A stretch of DNA of 64,000 nucleotides, from contig DASTXV010000054.1 of assembly GCA_035765335.1 (NCBI GenBank), positions 1,260-65,259 on the forward strand, in the 5' to 3' direction. A program made the translations under genes and the position numbers. The first letter of the stretch is position 1. Every line of letters starts with the position of its first letter. The stretch comes from Solirubrobacterales bacterium (GTDB taxonomy: Bacteria; Actinomycetota; Thermoleophilia; Solirubrobacterales; 70-9). This document shows, in pieces, positions 19,737-28,148 of this stretch. The notes below the pieces were generated by a model that saw only the letters and a program-made list of their open reading frames with translations, searched no databases and had not been told where the DNA came from.

Positions 19737-20123
19737 ATGCCAACCCAAAACGGACATTCCCCCCACGCTTATTCTGCAAACGGCAACGGCAACGGCTTTT
19801 CCCCGCAAAACGGTCGAAAAGAGGAGTCGGTGCCCGTCAACTGGGAGCGCCTCGCGCGGGCGACCGCGCATCCTTTACGCGTCTCGATCCTCGAAATCCT
19901 CGGAATCGACGGCGGCCGGATCCTCTCCCCCAGCGATCTCAGCCGCGAGCTGCAGATCCCCCTCAGCAACACCAACTACCACGTCACCGAGCTGGCGAAA
20001 GCCGGCCTGATCGAACTGGTGCGGGAGCGACAGGTGCGCGGCGCGACCGAGCACTTCTACCGCCTGCCGGTATCCGAAGGAGCGAGCGCAAAGGAGCGAG
20101 GACACCTCTCAGTTGCAGCCTAA
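19737..20123 (+). CDS. ArsR-family winged-helix transcriptional regulator
   Basis: HPLRVSILEIL...LSPSDLSRELQIPLSNTNYHVTELAKAGLIE is a typical ArsR/SmtB wHTH. Confidence 0.8.
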   Translation: MPTQNGHSPHAYSANGNGNGFSPQNGRKEESVPVNWERLARATAHPLRVSILEILGIDGGRILSPSDLSRELQIPLSNTNYHVTELAKAGLIELVRERQVRGATEHFYRLPVSEGASAKERGHLSVAA

Positions 20124-20149
20124 CCCTCTAGCTGAGATTTAGACTCGGC

Positions 20150-20479
20150 CTACTTCTCGCGCACGATCACCGTGCGGCCGTCGGCGAGCCGGTAGACGGT
20201 GCCCACCGGCTCCCCCCTGCCGACGACGCGCTCGCCCGGCTTCAGCTCGAGCGGCTTCACCTCCTGGTTGCGCTCGGCCACGACCGGCTCCTGCGCGCTC
20301 GCCGCCTGGGCGCGCTCCTTCGCCTGCTCGGTCAGCGCCGAGGTGAGGTCGAGCGAGGAGAGCGCCGCCAGCAGGAAGGCGACCGAGAGGACGATCCCGA
20401 GGTCGAAGAGATTGACGAGGCCGTCGAGCGGATCGCCGGCGCGGTCGTCGCGGCTGCGAGCCCGGGCGGTCACCCTCAC
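20150..20479 (-). CDS. DUF2149-like small membrane protein (usual partner of MotA/TolQ/ExbB channels)
   Basis: GDPLDGLVNLFDLGIVLSVAFLLAAL TM segment plus a C-terminal beta-rich part. The GTG start overlaps the TGA of the upstream ExbB fragment (GTGA). Confidence 0.55.
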   Translation of the reverse strand: MRVTARARSRDDRAGDPLDGLVNLFDLGIVLSVAFLLAALSSLDLTSALTEQAKERAQAASAQEPVVAERNQEVKPLELKPGERVVGRGEPVGTVYRLADGRTVIVREK

Positions 20480-20715
20480 GGCGCCACCGCCCAGTGGCTG
20501 CGCGGGGTGGCGGTGCCAATGGTCGGCGCCGGGGCGAGACGGGCGGCGACGTACTCGACGTCGGAGTAGTCCTGGGCGTAGAGGCGGTCGCGGATGAGGG
20601 AGATCGAGAAGGCGATCGCGCCGACCAGCAGGCCCGCCACGGTCACCCCGAAGGCGACCCGGAGGTTCTCGGTCAGCGTCGCCACGTCGCCGTCGGCGAG
20701 CCCGGCCAGGGCTGT
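20476..20715 (-). pseudogene. C-terminal fragment of a MotA/TolQ/ExbB proton-channel gene
   Basis: TALAGLADGDVATLTENLRVAFGVTVAGLLVGAIAF matches the conserved last TM region of the family. An in-frame TGA at 20716-20718 is immediately followed upstream by low-GC island DNA. The N-terminal TM helices are missing. Confidence 0.65.
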
Positions 20716-20721
20716 TCAGTT

Positions 20722-21075
20722 CTAGCTAGGACTAGCTGAGCCTCTCTCGGAACGCTTTAACTCCCGTTCACAGAGCTTTGCAGCAACATCCCGTGATTCC
20801 CTTGGAATAGCCTTGGTCACACGTTGTACGACAGCCTCCATAGTGGGCTCTACCCCAAGAAGCAGGGAGAGCTGTTTGATGGTTCGACCGCGACACCGAA
20901 GTACTATCCATTCCTTTACTGCGGCCAGATCACCGGCTTCTACAGGTCTGAGTTCTGAGAAGCGCTGAGGTCCTCGGTCTTTTCCCTGGTTCTCAGTCAA
21001 GATAACCCCCATACCAATTAAGCCAAGGATCAATGCCAGCAGAATGAAATTTCTCCACATCCTCATTTGGTGCAT
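20722..21075 (-). CDS. candidate Rhs immunity protein, N-terminally membrane anchored
   Basis: Immediately downstream of rhs. Three in-frame ATGs; the one at 21066 gives an ATGA overlap with the rhs stop. TM WRNFILLALILGLIGMGVILT followed by an ~85-aa soluble domain. Low GC. No family recognised. Confidence 0.5.
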   Translation of the reverse strand: MHQMRMWRNFILLALILGLIGMGVILTENQGKDRGPQRFSELRPVEAGDLAAVKEWIVLRCRGRTIKQLSLLLGVEPTMEAVVQRVTKAIPRESRDVAAKLCERELKRSERGSASPS

Positions 21076-24000
21076 ATTGACCCATAGGTAAAGCTAAACG
21101 AGTCTCGGTAAGTGTGACTGCGACGATTTCCCTTCGGGGTTTCCCAGGAAACCTGGAACAGTACTTCAACTTCTCCGGTCCGGACAACACCGCAAGGCAC
21201 ATTCGACGTGAACGAAGTTGATGCTTCTGCGTGGCATGCAAATTTCGGAGCTACATCGCCACACTCCTCCAATGGGCCTTTTGCCGCCGGAATATATCGC
21301 ATCTTGCCTGACAGGGTTTCGTAAGCACCTCCGGTTATCACAGCCTTGACCTTTACGTTTTTGGGTTTCCCTTTGCAGCGGATCCATGCACTAGCCGATA
21401 CTCGGATTTCCCTTCCCGCTCCACGATGGGGCTTCAGTTTTTGTTCCCGTGGCTTGCAGGGGGGCGCTTCTCCGCTTAGGTCAAATACGTTAATCGGGTC
21501 AGCATTGCTGTAGTCATATGCGGTCGCTGAGCCTCCTCGCACGGGGTCGGGTGACAGGAACCGACCTATCGTCGGCACATAACTCCTTACTCCCATTTGA
21601 ATAACACCCGAAGGAAGTTCGGTTCGGCGCTGCTTCCCACCAAGCCAGCCATAGCGATCGGCGTTGCCAGGGATCGGATTGCCAAACTCGTCGTAGCGGG
21701 TGGTTTTTACTAGACTGGTGACTTCCTGATCGATCGGGGCGGTCGCCACGATGTCGCCGTGGAGGTTCGCCAGCTGCAGCGTCGTCTCATCTTGACCTCC
21801 GGCGCTGGTTTCCTTAAGGGCCACGAGTTCGCCGCCTAAACCCATCATGTTCAGGGTCCGAACCTGTCCGCGCTCGGTCCATGCGGGAGAGTCGGAGGGG
21901 CCGGCGTAGTGAAATATTTCCGTTCCTTCTAAACCACCTGCTTGGTGGCGCGCTCGTTGGCGCAGGGAGGCATCGAGTTCGAACGTGTTGGTGATCCCAC
22001 CCTGGGACTGACTTGCGACCATGTCGGTCGAGAAGTAGCTGGTCGTCAGCTCTTCGTCGCCCGCAAGGTGGCCAGGCAATTTCGTTATCCGGCCGAAGCT
22101 GTCGTAGATCAATTCAGCAGCAACCAGACGGTCTGCCGCATCGTATTCGTAGGTCTTGGTCGTGCCGCCAGTGTTCGCACATGCTCCCTCGATCCCGGGT
22201 GATCGGGTCGTCAACGATTTCCGGTTGGAGTTGAGGTCGTAAACATAGGAGCGGGTGGTGCATTGGCCATCGTCCGGACTTTCCTCTGCGAAGATAAGTC
22301 GACCCGCCTTGTCGTAGCCGTAGCGCTGAGCACCGAGCGTTCCGTTTTCGCTCAGTATCTGACCCTCGATCGAGCGCTCGAGGTCGAAGTCGAGCCAAGT
22401 GCAGCTTTCACCGCAGTAGCTTTCCTTCGTGTAGGTGAGGTGGGTTGATTCACCCACCTCGTTGTAGGACGTGGTAGCGGTGAGACCATTGGGGAGACCC
22501 TGTTCGATCATCTTGCCGTCGGCGTCATAGCGTGCGGTGAAGATGCCGGCTTCGCTTTCCAGCTCGACCGGCACACCGCTAGCTTCGTCGTAGCGAACCA
22601 GCTGCGCCCCAATCCACTGCCCATTCTTTTCGACGTTCATCCAGTAGGGTCGGCCGGCAGCGTCGTACAACGTATTTGCCTTACCCCCATCCGCATCTTC
22701 ATAGCGTTTGACGCGACCGAGAGCGTCGTAGGTAGTCCTAGTTGCCTGACTGTCGAAACCCGTGCAATTGACGGAGCATAGGAATTTCTGCTCTACCGGC
22801 CTGCCATTAGTCGAGCTGTAGAGCGTTTCAACCATCGGCACGGCCTGCCCACCACCTTCAATCTTCTGCGTGCGTGGGCGCCCCGCCATGTCATAGCCCA
22901 GAAGGGTCCTGCGAAGGTTTTCGCTGCCGCCGCCAGGACTTTCGCGAATCTCCGTCGGCTGATCGAGGTTGTTATAGGTCCAGAACGTTTTCACCAGCAG
23001 CTGCGGCAAGCCAGCCGTTCCCGGCTGAGCCGCAGGCATCACCTTGCACGGCAGGCCCGCGTACTGGGGCACTCCACCGCATCCAGGTTGTTCGGAATTG
23101 GCCGTTTGCGAGTAGTAGATCGTCCTGGTGCTCCCGGCCCCTCCGCCTCCGGGATTCGAAGGCTGACGCACTTCCCTTGGCTGGCCGGTAGTGGCGTCGT
23201 AGGCCATCACCGAGCGAATGTTGAGGCCGCCGGGGTCGACAATGGTTTCAATCGGCTTGCGCAGAGTCCAGTCGTAGCGGGTTTCGGTGACGCGCTGATC
23301 GGAGTCGCTGCTCTGGCCTGGGACGGCGGCGCCGGTCGTTTCCTTCGTCGGCAGGCGCGGCGCGGATTCCCCCTCTTTCAGCGCTGGCGCGCCTTCATCG
23401 TATTTGACGGTGGTGTGCTGGCGCGCCTCGACCGTTTCGCCCGATTCGAGTCGCACCTCATGTAGAGGGCCCCAAGACTCGAGCATTTCGGTGCCATCAG
23501 CCGAGTAGACGGAATGGCTGTCCAGCTCGCGGGAGCGACCGACGGAATCGACGGACCCCAGCGCCCGCAGCCGGTTCTGCGCAGAGAGCGAGCGGATGAC
23601 GTTACCGTGATCATCGCTTTCGGTCGTGGTTATCGCCGATCCCGCTACTCCGGGCGGCGCAGCCGAAGCCGTGTTGACCTCATAGCCTTCCGGGTCCAGG
23701 TAGTGGATCCCGGCCCCCGTGTAGTCGCTCGGTCTTGGACTGTCCGGAACGTGACTTGGAGGAAAGATCGCGGTCGCGTCGACGGGGTAATCACTCTGAC
23801 CCCATTTTGCGACGGTTGAGGGGCTCATGTTGTATGGAGCCTCTTCGCCACTGAGCGGCACCTGGTACACGATGGTCGTCTGGGCAGTGGAAGGGCTCTC
23901 GAGCAGAGTCGCCCGCTTGACGCTCTTCAAGCGATTGAAGATCTCCCGATCGCGCCAATGATATTTCGCCACAGGGTCCCAGGGAAATTCAGTCGCTTTG

Positions 24001-27000
24001 TAGTATTCGAATTCCCAAGGCTCCTCTCCCGGTGGAGTCAGAGCAAGCATATCGTTGGAAGGAGAGGACGGGTAGGTGTAGGTCTCTTTCAAGGCGGGTG
24101 AGATCCGCGGATCCCATTGCGCGATCAGGCGGTCCTCCGAGTCGTATTCGTAGCGCGACACCACCTGCGCCTCCGCCGGCTGGCCGGAACTGTTGTAGTA
24201 GGTGATCGACGACAGGCGCCAATGCCCCATGCACTCACAGGACGAGTACTGGAAGGCGAGGGTCCTGCACCCAGGGGTGCTGATCGATCCTTCGACACCG
24301 CAGGTGACGCCCGCTGGGGCTGGCGCGATCATCTTCACCAAGCGATAGGCGGTGGTGCCCGGAACATACTCGTAGACGTGACGCGCAGATTTGGCCGTCG
24401 CCTGCCAGGAGATCGAGTTAGGCCGATACGAGCCCTGCGTCCCGTACTGGTTCTTGATGAAGGTCGTCTGCGCCCCATTGGGGTCGGTGAGCACGAAGGC
24501 TTCGCCTTCCTTGCTGAGGACGAATTCCTTCATGTAGTCGGGCGCCACGTATTGGCCACCGACGATTTCGAAAGGTACGCCGTTGCCTTCGTTGTCGATG
24601 AGTTCGATCCAGTCGGCAGCGGGAATGCCCGCTTCGACTTCGAAGGTTTCGCACTGCAGAGAGCCGCCTTCCCACCAGCATTCTTCTTCGAAGACAGGTG
24701 GGACCGCATCCTCATGGCGTTCCTGCAGCTCCACCCATGCTTCGCCTTGGAATTCCTGCTCCATTGGCCCGGACGGCATCCACTGGCGCCCCAGCGCTTC
24801 CGAGCTGGTGACGTAGCCCGGCCTGGATTGATACGACCGCGCGAATTCCAGGCTGCTCTCCGTCCCCGGCACAGGAATCGAGACATCGATCCTGGTGATC
24901 GTGAAATTGCCGGTGAGGAGGTCCAGGTTGACTGGACCGATCGATTCGGTGGCATCCGTCGGGGCGCCAACGCCCCCAAACTCGTTGAGAAATTCGACCG
25001 CCACCGGCTGGCTTGCGCCTGCCGCGCTCACGCCTCCGTCGAAGACTGCCCTCAACTTGATGTCTTCTTCGTACATCCCCCATTTCATTTCCTTTACAGC
25101 TTCCAGGTAGTTGAAGTACACAGTCTCACTATGACCCGGATTGCTGCTCACCGGCAGCGGCCAGCTCACTGGTTCGCCTTTGGAGTCGAGTACGTAATCG
25201 CTTGGAATCGTCCAAAATTGTTTCCAGCCTGGGATCTTCATCTGGAAGGTGACCCCGGTGACTCCGCCGCTCGTGGGAGCCTCCCCCCACTGGGCCTTCA
25301 GCGTGAAGTAGTGACTACTCTTCTTTCCTTCTTCGGGAGTGGTGACCTTGCTGGTGGTGGGCGCGTCCGGATAGATCGCCGTGTTGAACGTCCATTTCGC
25401 CGGGGTAGCGTCAACATTTCCCGCCGTGTCGGTCGCGACGACGGTAAACGTATGCCAGCCTGAACCAAGGTGGAGGTTCTCAGGAAGGACGTAGGGAGAC
25501 TGACAGCTTTCCAGCTCCCCTCCATCGAAGGAGCATTGGTAGGTCGAGGCCGGCTCGCTCGCCGAGAACTCGACCGACGTCTGCTGTCCGCTCGTGTAGC
25601 TGGGCTGGGAAGACGTGATCTCAGTCTGAGGCGCCTCGGTGTCGACCTCGAAGTTACGCTCGACCGGCGATTCGTCCTGGTTGCCGAAAGCGTCCGTTGC
25701 TCGCACGCGGAAGATATGGACCCCATCGGCAAGGGCCTGATAGGACGAGGGCGAAGCACAGGGGCCGAAGGCCCCTTGGTCCATCGAACATTGGAAGGAG
25801 GTGTTTATCTCCGAAGCCTCAAAGCTGAAACTTGCGTCCGCAATGGCGACAAGTCCCTCGGGACCACCAGTTATGGAGGTGTCCGGGCTTTCCACGTCAG
25901 TCTCGTACCACCGCATCCCCAAGGTCACCATGTCTTCTTCGGCGCTGGCAGGGCGTGATTTGCCCACCGCCGTGCAGACGGTCTGGGAGCTGCAGGAGAC
26001 GCCGGCGAGGGCGCTGAAGTCTTCTTCGGCGGGGTTGGGTGAGCTCTGGACCGCCCATTGGCTGCCGTCCCAGCGCTCGACGAGGGTCTTTTCCTCGGCG
26101 GGTTCCTGAAAGATGCCTTCGCCTTTGACGGCGCTGACGTAGTGGCCGACTGCGAGGCAGCTGGTCGCGGTGGTGCAGGAGACGGAGCGCAGCCGCGGAG
26201 GCCATTTGGCGTCGGCCGGGGTCGCCGTCGCCGCGACCGACCAGGTCACGCCTTCGAGCCGCTCGGAGAAGGGCTTGGCGCCACTGCCGTCGTTGTAGGT
26301 GCCGATCGCCATGCAGCTGGAGGACGAGAAGCAGGAGACGGCCTCCAGGCTGCTCGAGGTCGCGCCGGTTGGGGTGGGGGTCGAGTCGAGCGACCAGCTG
26401 CTGCCGTTCCAGCGGGCGGCCAGGGTCACCTTCCGGTAGGTGGAGCCGGGCGGGCGCGATTCCACGGTGCCGACCGCGGTGCAGGCGGTCCCCGAGGCGC
26501 AGGAGACGCCGGTCAGTTCGGGGAGCCGCGTTTCGCCCGCGGGGGCGGGAAGCGCCTGCGGCGACCAGGAGCTGCCGTTCCAGCGCTCAGCGTGGGCTTT
26601 CCACTCGCCGGTTGCGGCCTGGTAGCGGCCGACCGCGGTGCAGGCGGCGGCCGAGGTGCAGGAGATGTCCACCAGCCTCGTGTTGGTCGCGCCGCTGGGG
26701 ATCGCGGGGGTCTCGGTGGCGACGAACCAGGTGCCTTCACCTGGGGAGAATTCGAACTCCTGCATCCGCCAGGCGCCGTTTTCGTTCTTGGCCACCGTGG
26801 CGCAGAAGGTCGCCGTCGGGCAGGAGACGGCCTTCACCTGGCCGGCGAAGGTGCGCACCATTTTCCATTCGGAGCCTTTCCAGACTTGGGCGAATCCTTT
26901 GCCGAGGTAGTAGTCGTTGCCGATGCCCATGCACATCGACGCGGTCGGGCAGGAGACGTCCTCGAGCTCGCTCTTGTTGAGCGGCGTCGGGTTGGCGGTG

Positions 27001-27131
27001 GGTTGGAGGGACCATTCGGTGGCACCGGCCTGACCGATTGGTCCTACTGAGATCAGAAGAGCGAGGAGCACGCCAAGCAACGAGACCGAAGCGGCGACGC
27101 TTCGCTGATTACACCCTTTTCTCCAATCCAT
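21063..27131 (-). CDS. Sec-signal Rhs/YD-repeat polymorphic toxin (WapA-like)
   Basis: ATG at 27131 is preceded by AGGAAGG (the track's TTG at 27185 is also possible). Signal/TM VAASVSLLGVLLALLISVGPIGQAGA. Seven SC-x5-C-x-A-x-G repeats and two Ig-like modules. Many YD repeats (YDALGRV, YDAAGRP, YDADGKM, YGYDKAGRL, YEYDAADRL). Rhs core end GRFLSPDP...YDYSNADPINVFDLSGE, then a 134-aa unique tail. Confidence 0.9.
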   Translation of the reverse strand: MDWRKGCNQRSVAASVSLLGVLLALLISVGPIGQAGATEWSLQPTANPTPLNKSELEDVSCPTASMCMGIGNDYYLGKGFAQVWKGSEWKMVRTFAGQVKAVSCPTATFCATVAKNENGAWRMQEFEFSPGEGTWFVATETPAIPSGATNTRLVDISCTSAAACTAVGRYQAATGEWKAHAERWNGSSWSPQALPAPAGETRLPELTGVSCASGTACTAVGTVESRPPGSTYRKVTLAARWNGSSWSLDSTPTPTGATSSSLEAVSCFSSSSCMAIGTYNDGSGAKPFSERLEGVTWSVAATATPADAKWPPRLRSVSCTTATSCLAVGHYVSAVKGEGIFQEPAEEKTLVERWDGSQWAVQSSPNPAEEDFSALAGVSCSSQTVCTAVGKSRPASAEEDMVTLGMRWYETDVESPDTSITGGPEGLVAIADASFSFEASEINTSFQCSMDQGAFGPCASPSSYQALADGVHIFRVRATDAFGNQDESPVERNFEVDTEAPQTEITSSQPSYTSGQQTSVEFSASEPASTYQCSFDGGELESCQSPYVLPENLHLGSGWHTFTVVATDTAGNVDATPAKWTFNTAIYPDAPTTSKVTTPEEGKKSSHYFTLKAQWGEAPTSGGVTGVTFQMKIPGWKQFWTIPSDYVLDSKGEPVSWPLPVSSNPGHSETVYFNYLEAVKEMKWGMYEEDIKLRAVFDGGVSAAGASQPVAVEFLNEFGGVGAPTDATESIGPVNLDLLTGNFTITRIDVSIPVPGTESSLEFARSYQSRPGYVTSSEALGRQWMPSGPMEQEFQGEAWVELQERHEDAVPPVFEEECWWEGGSLQCETFEVEAGIPAADWIELIDNEGNGVPFEIVGGQYVAPDYMKEFVLSKEGEAFVLTDPNGAQTTFIKNQYGTQGSYRPNSISWQATAKSARHVYEYVPGTTAYRLVKMIAPAPAGVTCGVEGSISTPGCRTLAFQYSSCECMGHWRLSSITYYNSSGQPAEAQVVSRYEYDSEDRLIAQWDPRISPALKETYTYPSSPSNDMLALTPPGEEPWEFEYYKATEFPWDPVAKYHWRDREIFNRLKSVKRATLLESPSTAQTTIVYQVPLSGEEAPYNMSPSTVAKWGQSDYPVDATAIFPPSHVPDSPRPSDYTGAGIHYLDPEGYEVNTASAAPPGVAGSAITTTESDDHGNVIRSLSAQNRLRALGSVDSVGRSRELDSHSVYSADGTEMLESWGPLHEVRLESGETVEARQHTTVKYDEGAPALKEGESAPRLPTKETTGAAVPGQSSDSDQRVTETRYDWTLRKPIETIVDPGGLNIRSVMAYDATTGQPREVRQPSNPGGGGAGSTRTIYYSQTANSEQPGCGGVPQYAGLPCKVMPAAQPGTAGLPQLLVKTFWTYNNLDQPTEIRESPGGGSENLRRTLLGYDMAGRPRTQKIEGGGQAVPMVETLYSSTNGRPVEQKFLCSVNCTGFDSQATRTTYDALGRVKRYEDADGGKANTLYDAAGRPYWMNVEKNGQWIGAQLVRYDEASGVPVELESEAGIFTARYDADGKMIEQGLPNGLTATTSYNEVGESTHLTYTKESYCGESCTWLDFDLERSIEGQILSENGTLGAQRYGYDKAGRLIFAEESPDDGQCTTRSYVYDLNSNRKSLTTRSPGIEGACANTGGTTKTYEYDAADRLVAAELIYDSFGRITKLPGHLAGDEELTTSYFSTDMVASQSQGGITNTFELDASLRQRARHQAGGLEGTEIFHYAGPSDSPAWTERGQVRTLNMMGLGGELVALKETSAGGQDETTLQLANLHGDIVATAPIDQEVTSLVKTTRYDEFGNPIPGNADRYGWLGGKQRRTELPSGVIQMGVRSYVPTIGRFLSPDPVRGGSATAYDYSNADPINVFDLSGEAPPCKPREQKLKPHRGAGREIRVSASAWIRCKGKPKNVKVKAVITGGAYETLSGKMRYIPAAKGPLEECGDVAPKFACHAEASTSFTSNVPCGVVRTGEVEVLFQVSWETPKGNRRSHTYRDSFSFTYGSICTK

Positions 27132-27485
27132 GCAGCCCCGCCTTCCTACAGGAGTTTTTCCTTGACCGGAGCCGCAAACACTCAATGCGTACCAGTTGGC
27201 GAGGCATCCTGCACAGGAAGGAACGCCAAGTCCATACTAAATTTTTTACTTAATGTTTCCTAGATATGTTTCCTAAACTAGATGCCTTGTCCAAACAGGG
27301 CGTCGACGGCGAGCTTTATCTGACCGACGACAAAGTAACCGCTGGTACTAGACAAGTAGACCAAGAACTGCCAGATGAGCCCTGATGAAAGATCAAACAC
27401 TCCCTGGTCATCCACGCTGCTCAGGCGGCTTATGCGAAAGAAGGTCAACTAGCTCGAGGAACTGTTGCCTGCCTAGAAGATCAAA

Positions 27486-27558
27486 AGCGGACGACGGGGG
27501 TCGAACCCGCGACCTCAAGCTTGGGAAGCTTGCGCTCTACCAACTGAGCTACGTCCGC
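27486..27558 (-). tRNA. tRNA-Gly (anticodon CCC)
   Basis: Minus strand GCGGACGTAGCTCAGTTGGTAGAGCGCAAGCTTCCCAAGCTTGAGGTCGCGGGTTCGACCCCCGTCGTCCGCT folds as a cloverleaf with a 7-bp acceptor, D stem GCTC/GAGC, anticodon stem CAAGC/GCTTG, loop TTCCCAA and a T arm with TTCGACC. CCA is not encoded. Confidence 0.9.
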
Positions 27559-27623
27559 GTGGGGCTCGATTCTAGGGCCTGGGCGGGCTGCCGGGGCGCT
27601 CTGGGATCTAGTCTTCCCGGTCC

Positions 27624-28148
27624 GTGAGCGCTCGCTCTTTCATCGCAGTCCTCGCCGTGCTGGCCATCGTCGGCCTGCTCGTCTTCGGGCTGGTCAACAA
27701 AGGGTCCTCGGGGATCTCGATCGGCGACGCGGCGCCGGTCGAGCCGCTGCCCCGGCTCGAGGGCGGCGGGAGCGAATCGCTGGTCGACTACCGGGGGCGG
27801 TGGGTGCTGGTCAACTTCTGGGCCTCCTGGTGCCTCCCCTGCCGCGAGGAGGCGCCGGCGCTGGAGCGGTTCCAGCGGCAGCACGGCGGGCCAGGGTTCA
27901 CCGTGCTCGGGATCGACAGCCGCGACCTCAGCAGCGACGGGCTCGCCTTCGTCGAGGAATACGGGCTCAGCTACCCGCAGCTGCGCGACGGCGACGGCGA
28001 TGCCGCCAAGGACTACGGCACCACCGGGGTGCCGGAGAACTTCCTCGTCGACCCCCGCGGCAAGGTGCGGCTGCTCGTCCGCGGCCCGATCACCGAGGAG
28101 CAGCTGCGCGAGGAAGTGGCGCCGCTGCTGCCGAAGGCGAGATCGTGA
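27624..28148 (+). CDS. ccmG: thiol:disulfide oxidoreductase CcmG/DsbE (TlpA/ResA family)
   Basis: N-terminal TM anchor and thioredoxin motif FWASWCLPCREEAP. Confidence 0.85.
   Translation: MSARSFIAVLAVLAIVGLLVFGLVNKGSSGISIGDAAPVEPLPRLEGGGSESLVDYRGRWVLVNFWASWCLPCREEAPALERFQRQHGGPGFTVLGIDSRDLSSDGLAFVEEYGLSYPQLRDGDGDAAKDYGTTGVPENFLVDPRGKVRLLVRGPITEEQLREEVAPLLPKARS

Larger units (their letters stand above)
20716..27485. mobile_element. low-GC genomic island (Rhs toxin cassette) adjacent to the 3' end of tRNA-Gly
   Basis: Abrupt drop in GC by eye at about 20716 and recovery at the tRNA (27486). Contains only the rhs gene, a small downstream ORF and 300 bp of AT-rich upstream DNA. No integrase or att duplicate seen. 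Confidence 0.6.

Noticed and set aside
20690-20760. Searched the left island border for a direct repeat of the tRNA-Gly 3' end (att site), and the island for an integrase
   Set aside because: Neither was found by eye, only a local CTAGCT(A)GGACTAGCT repeat. The island is therefore not called an integrative element, only a compositional island.
27385-27627. 80-aa ORF spanning the tRNA-Gly gene
   Set aside because: It overlaps a well-folding tRNA on the opposite strand. No coding signal.
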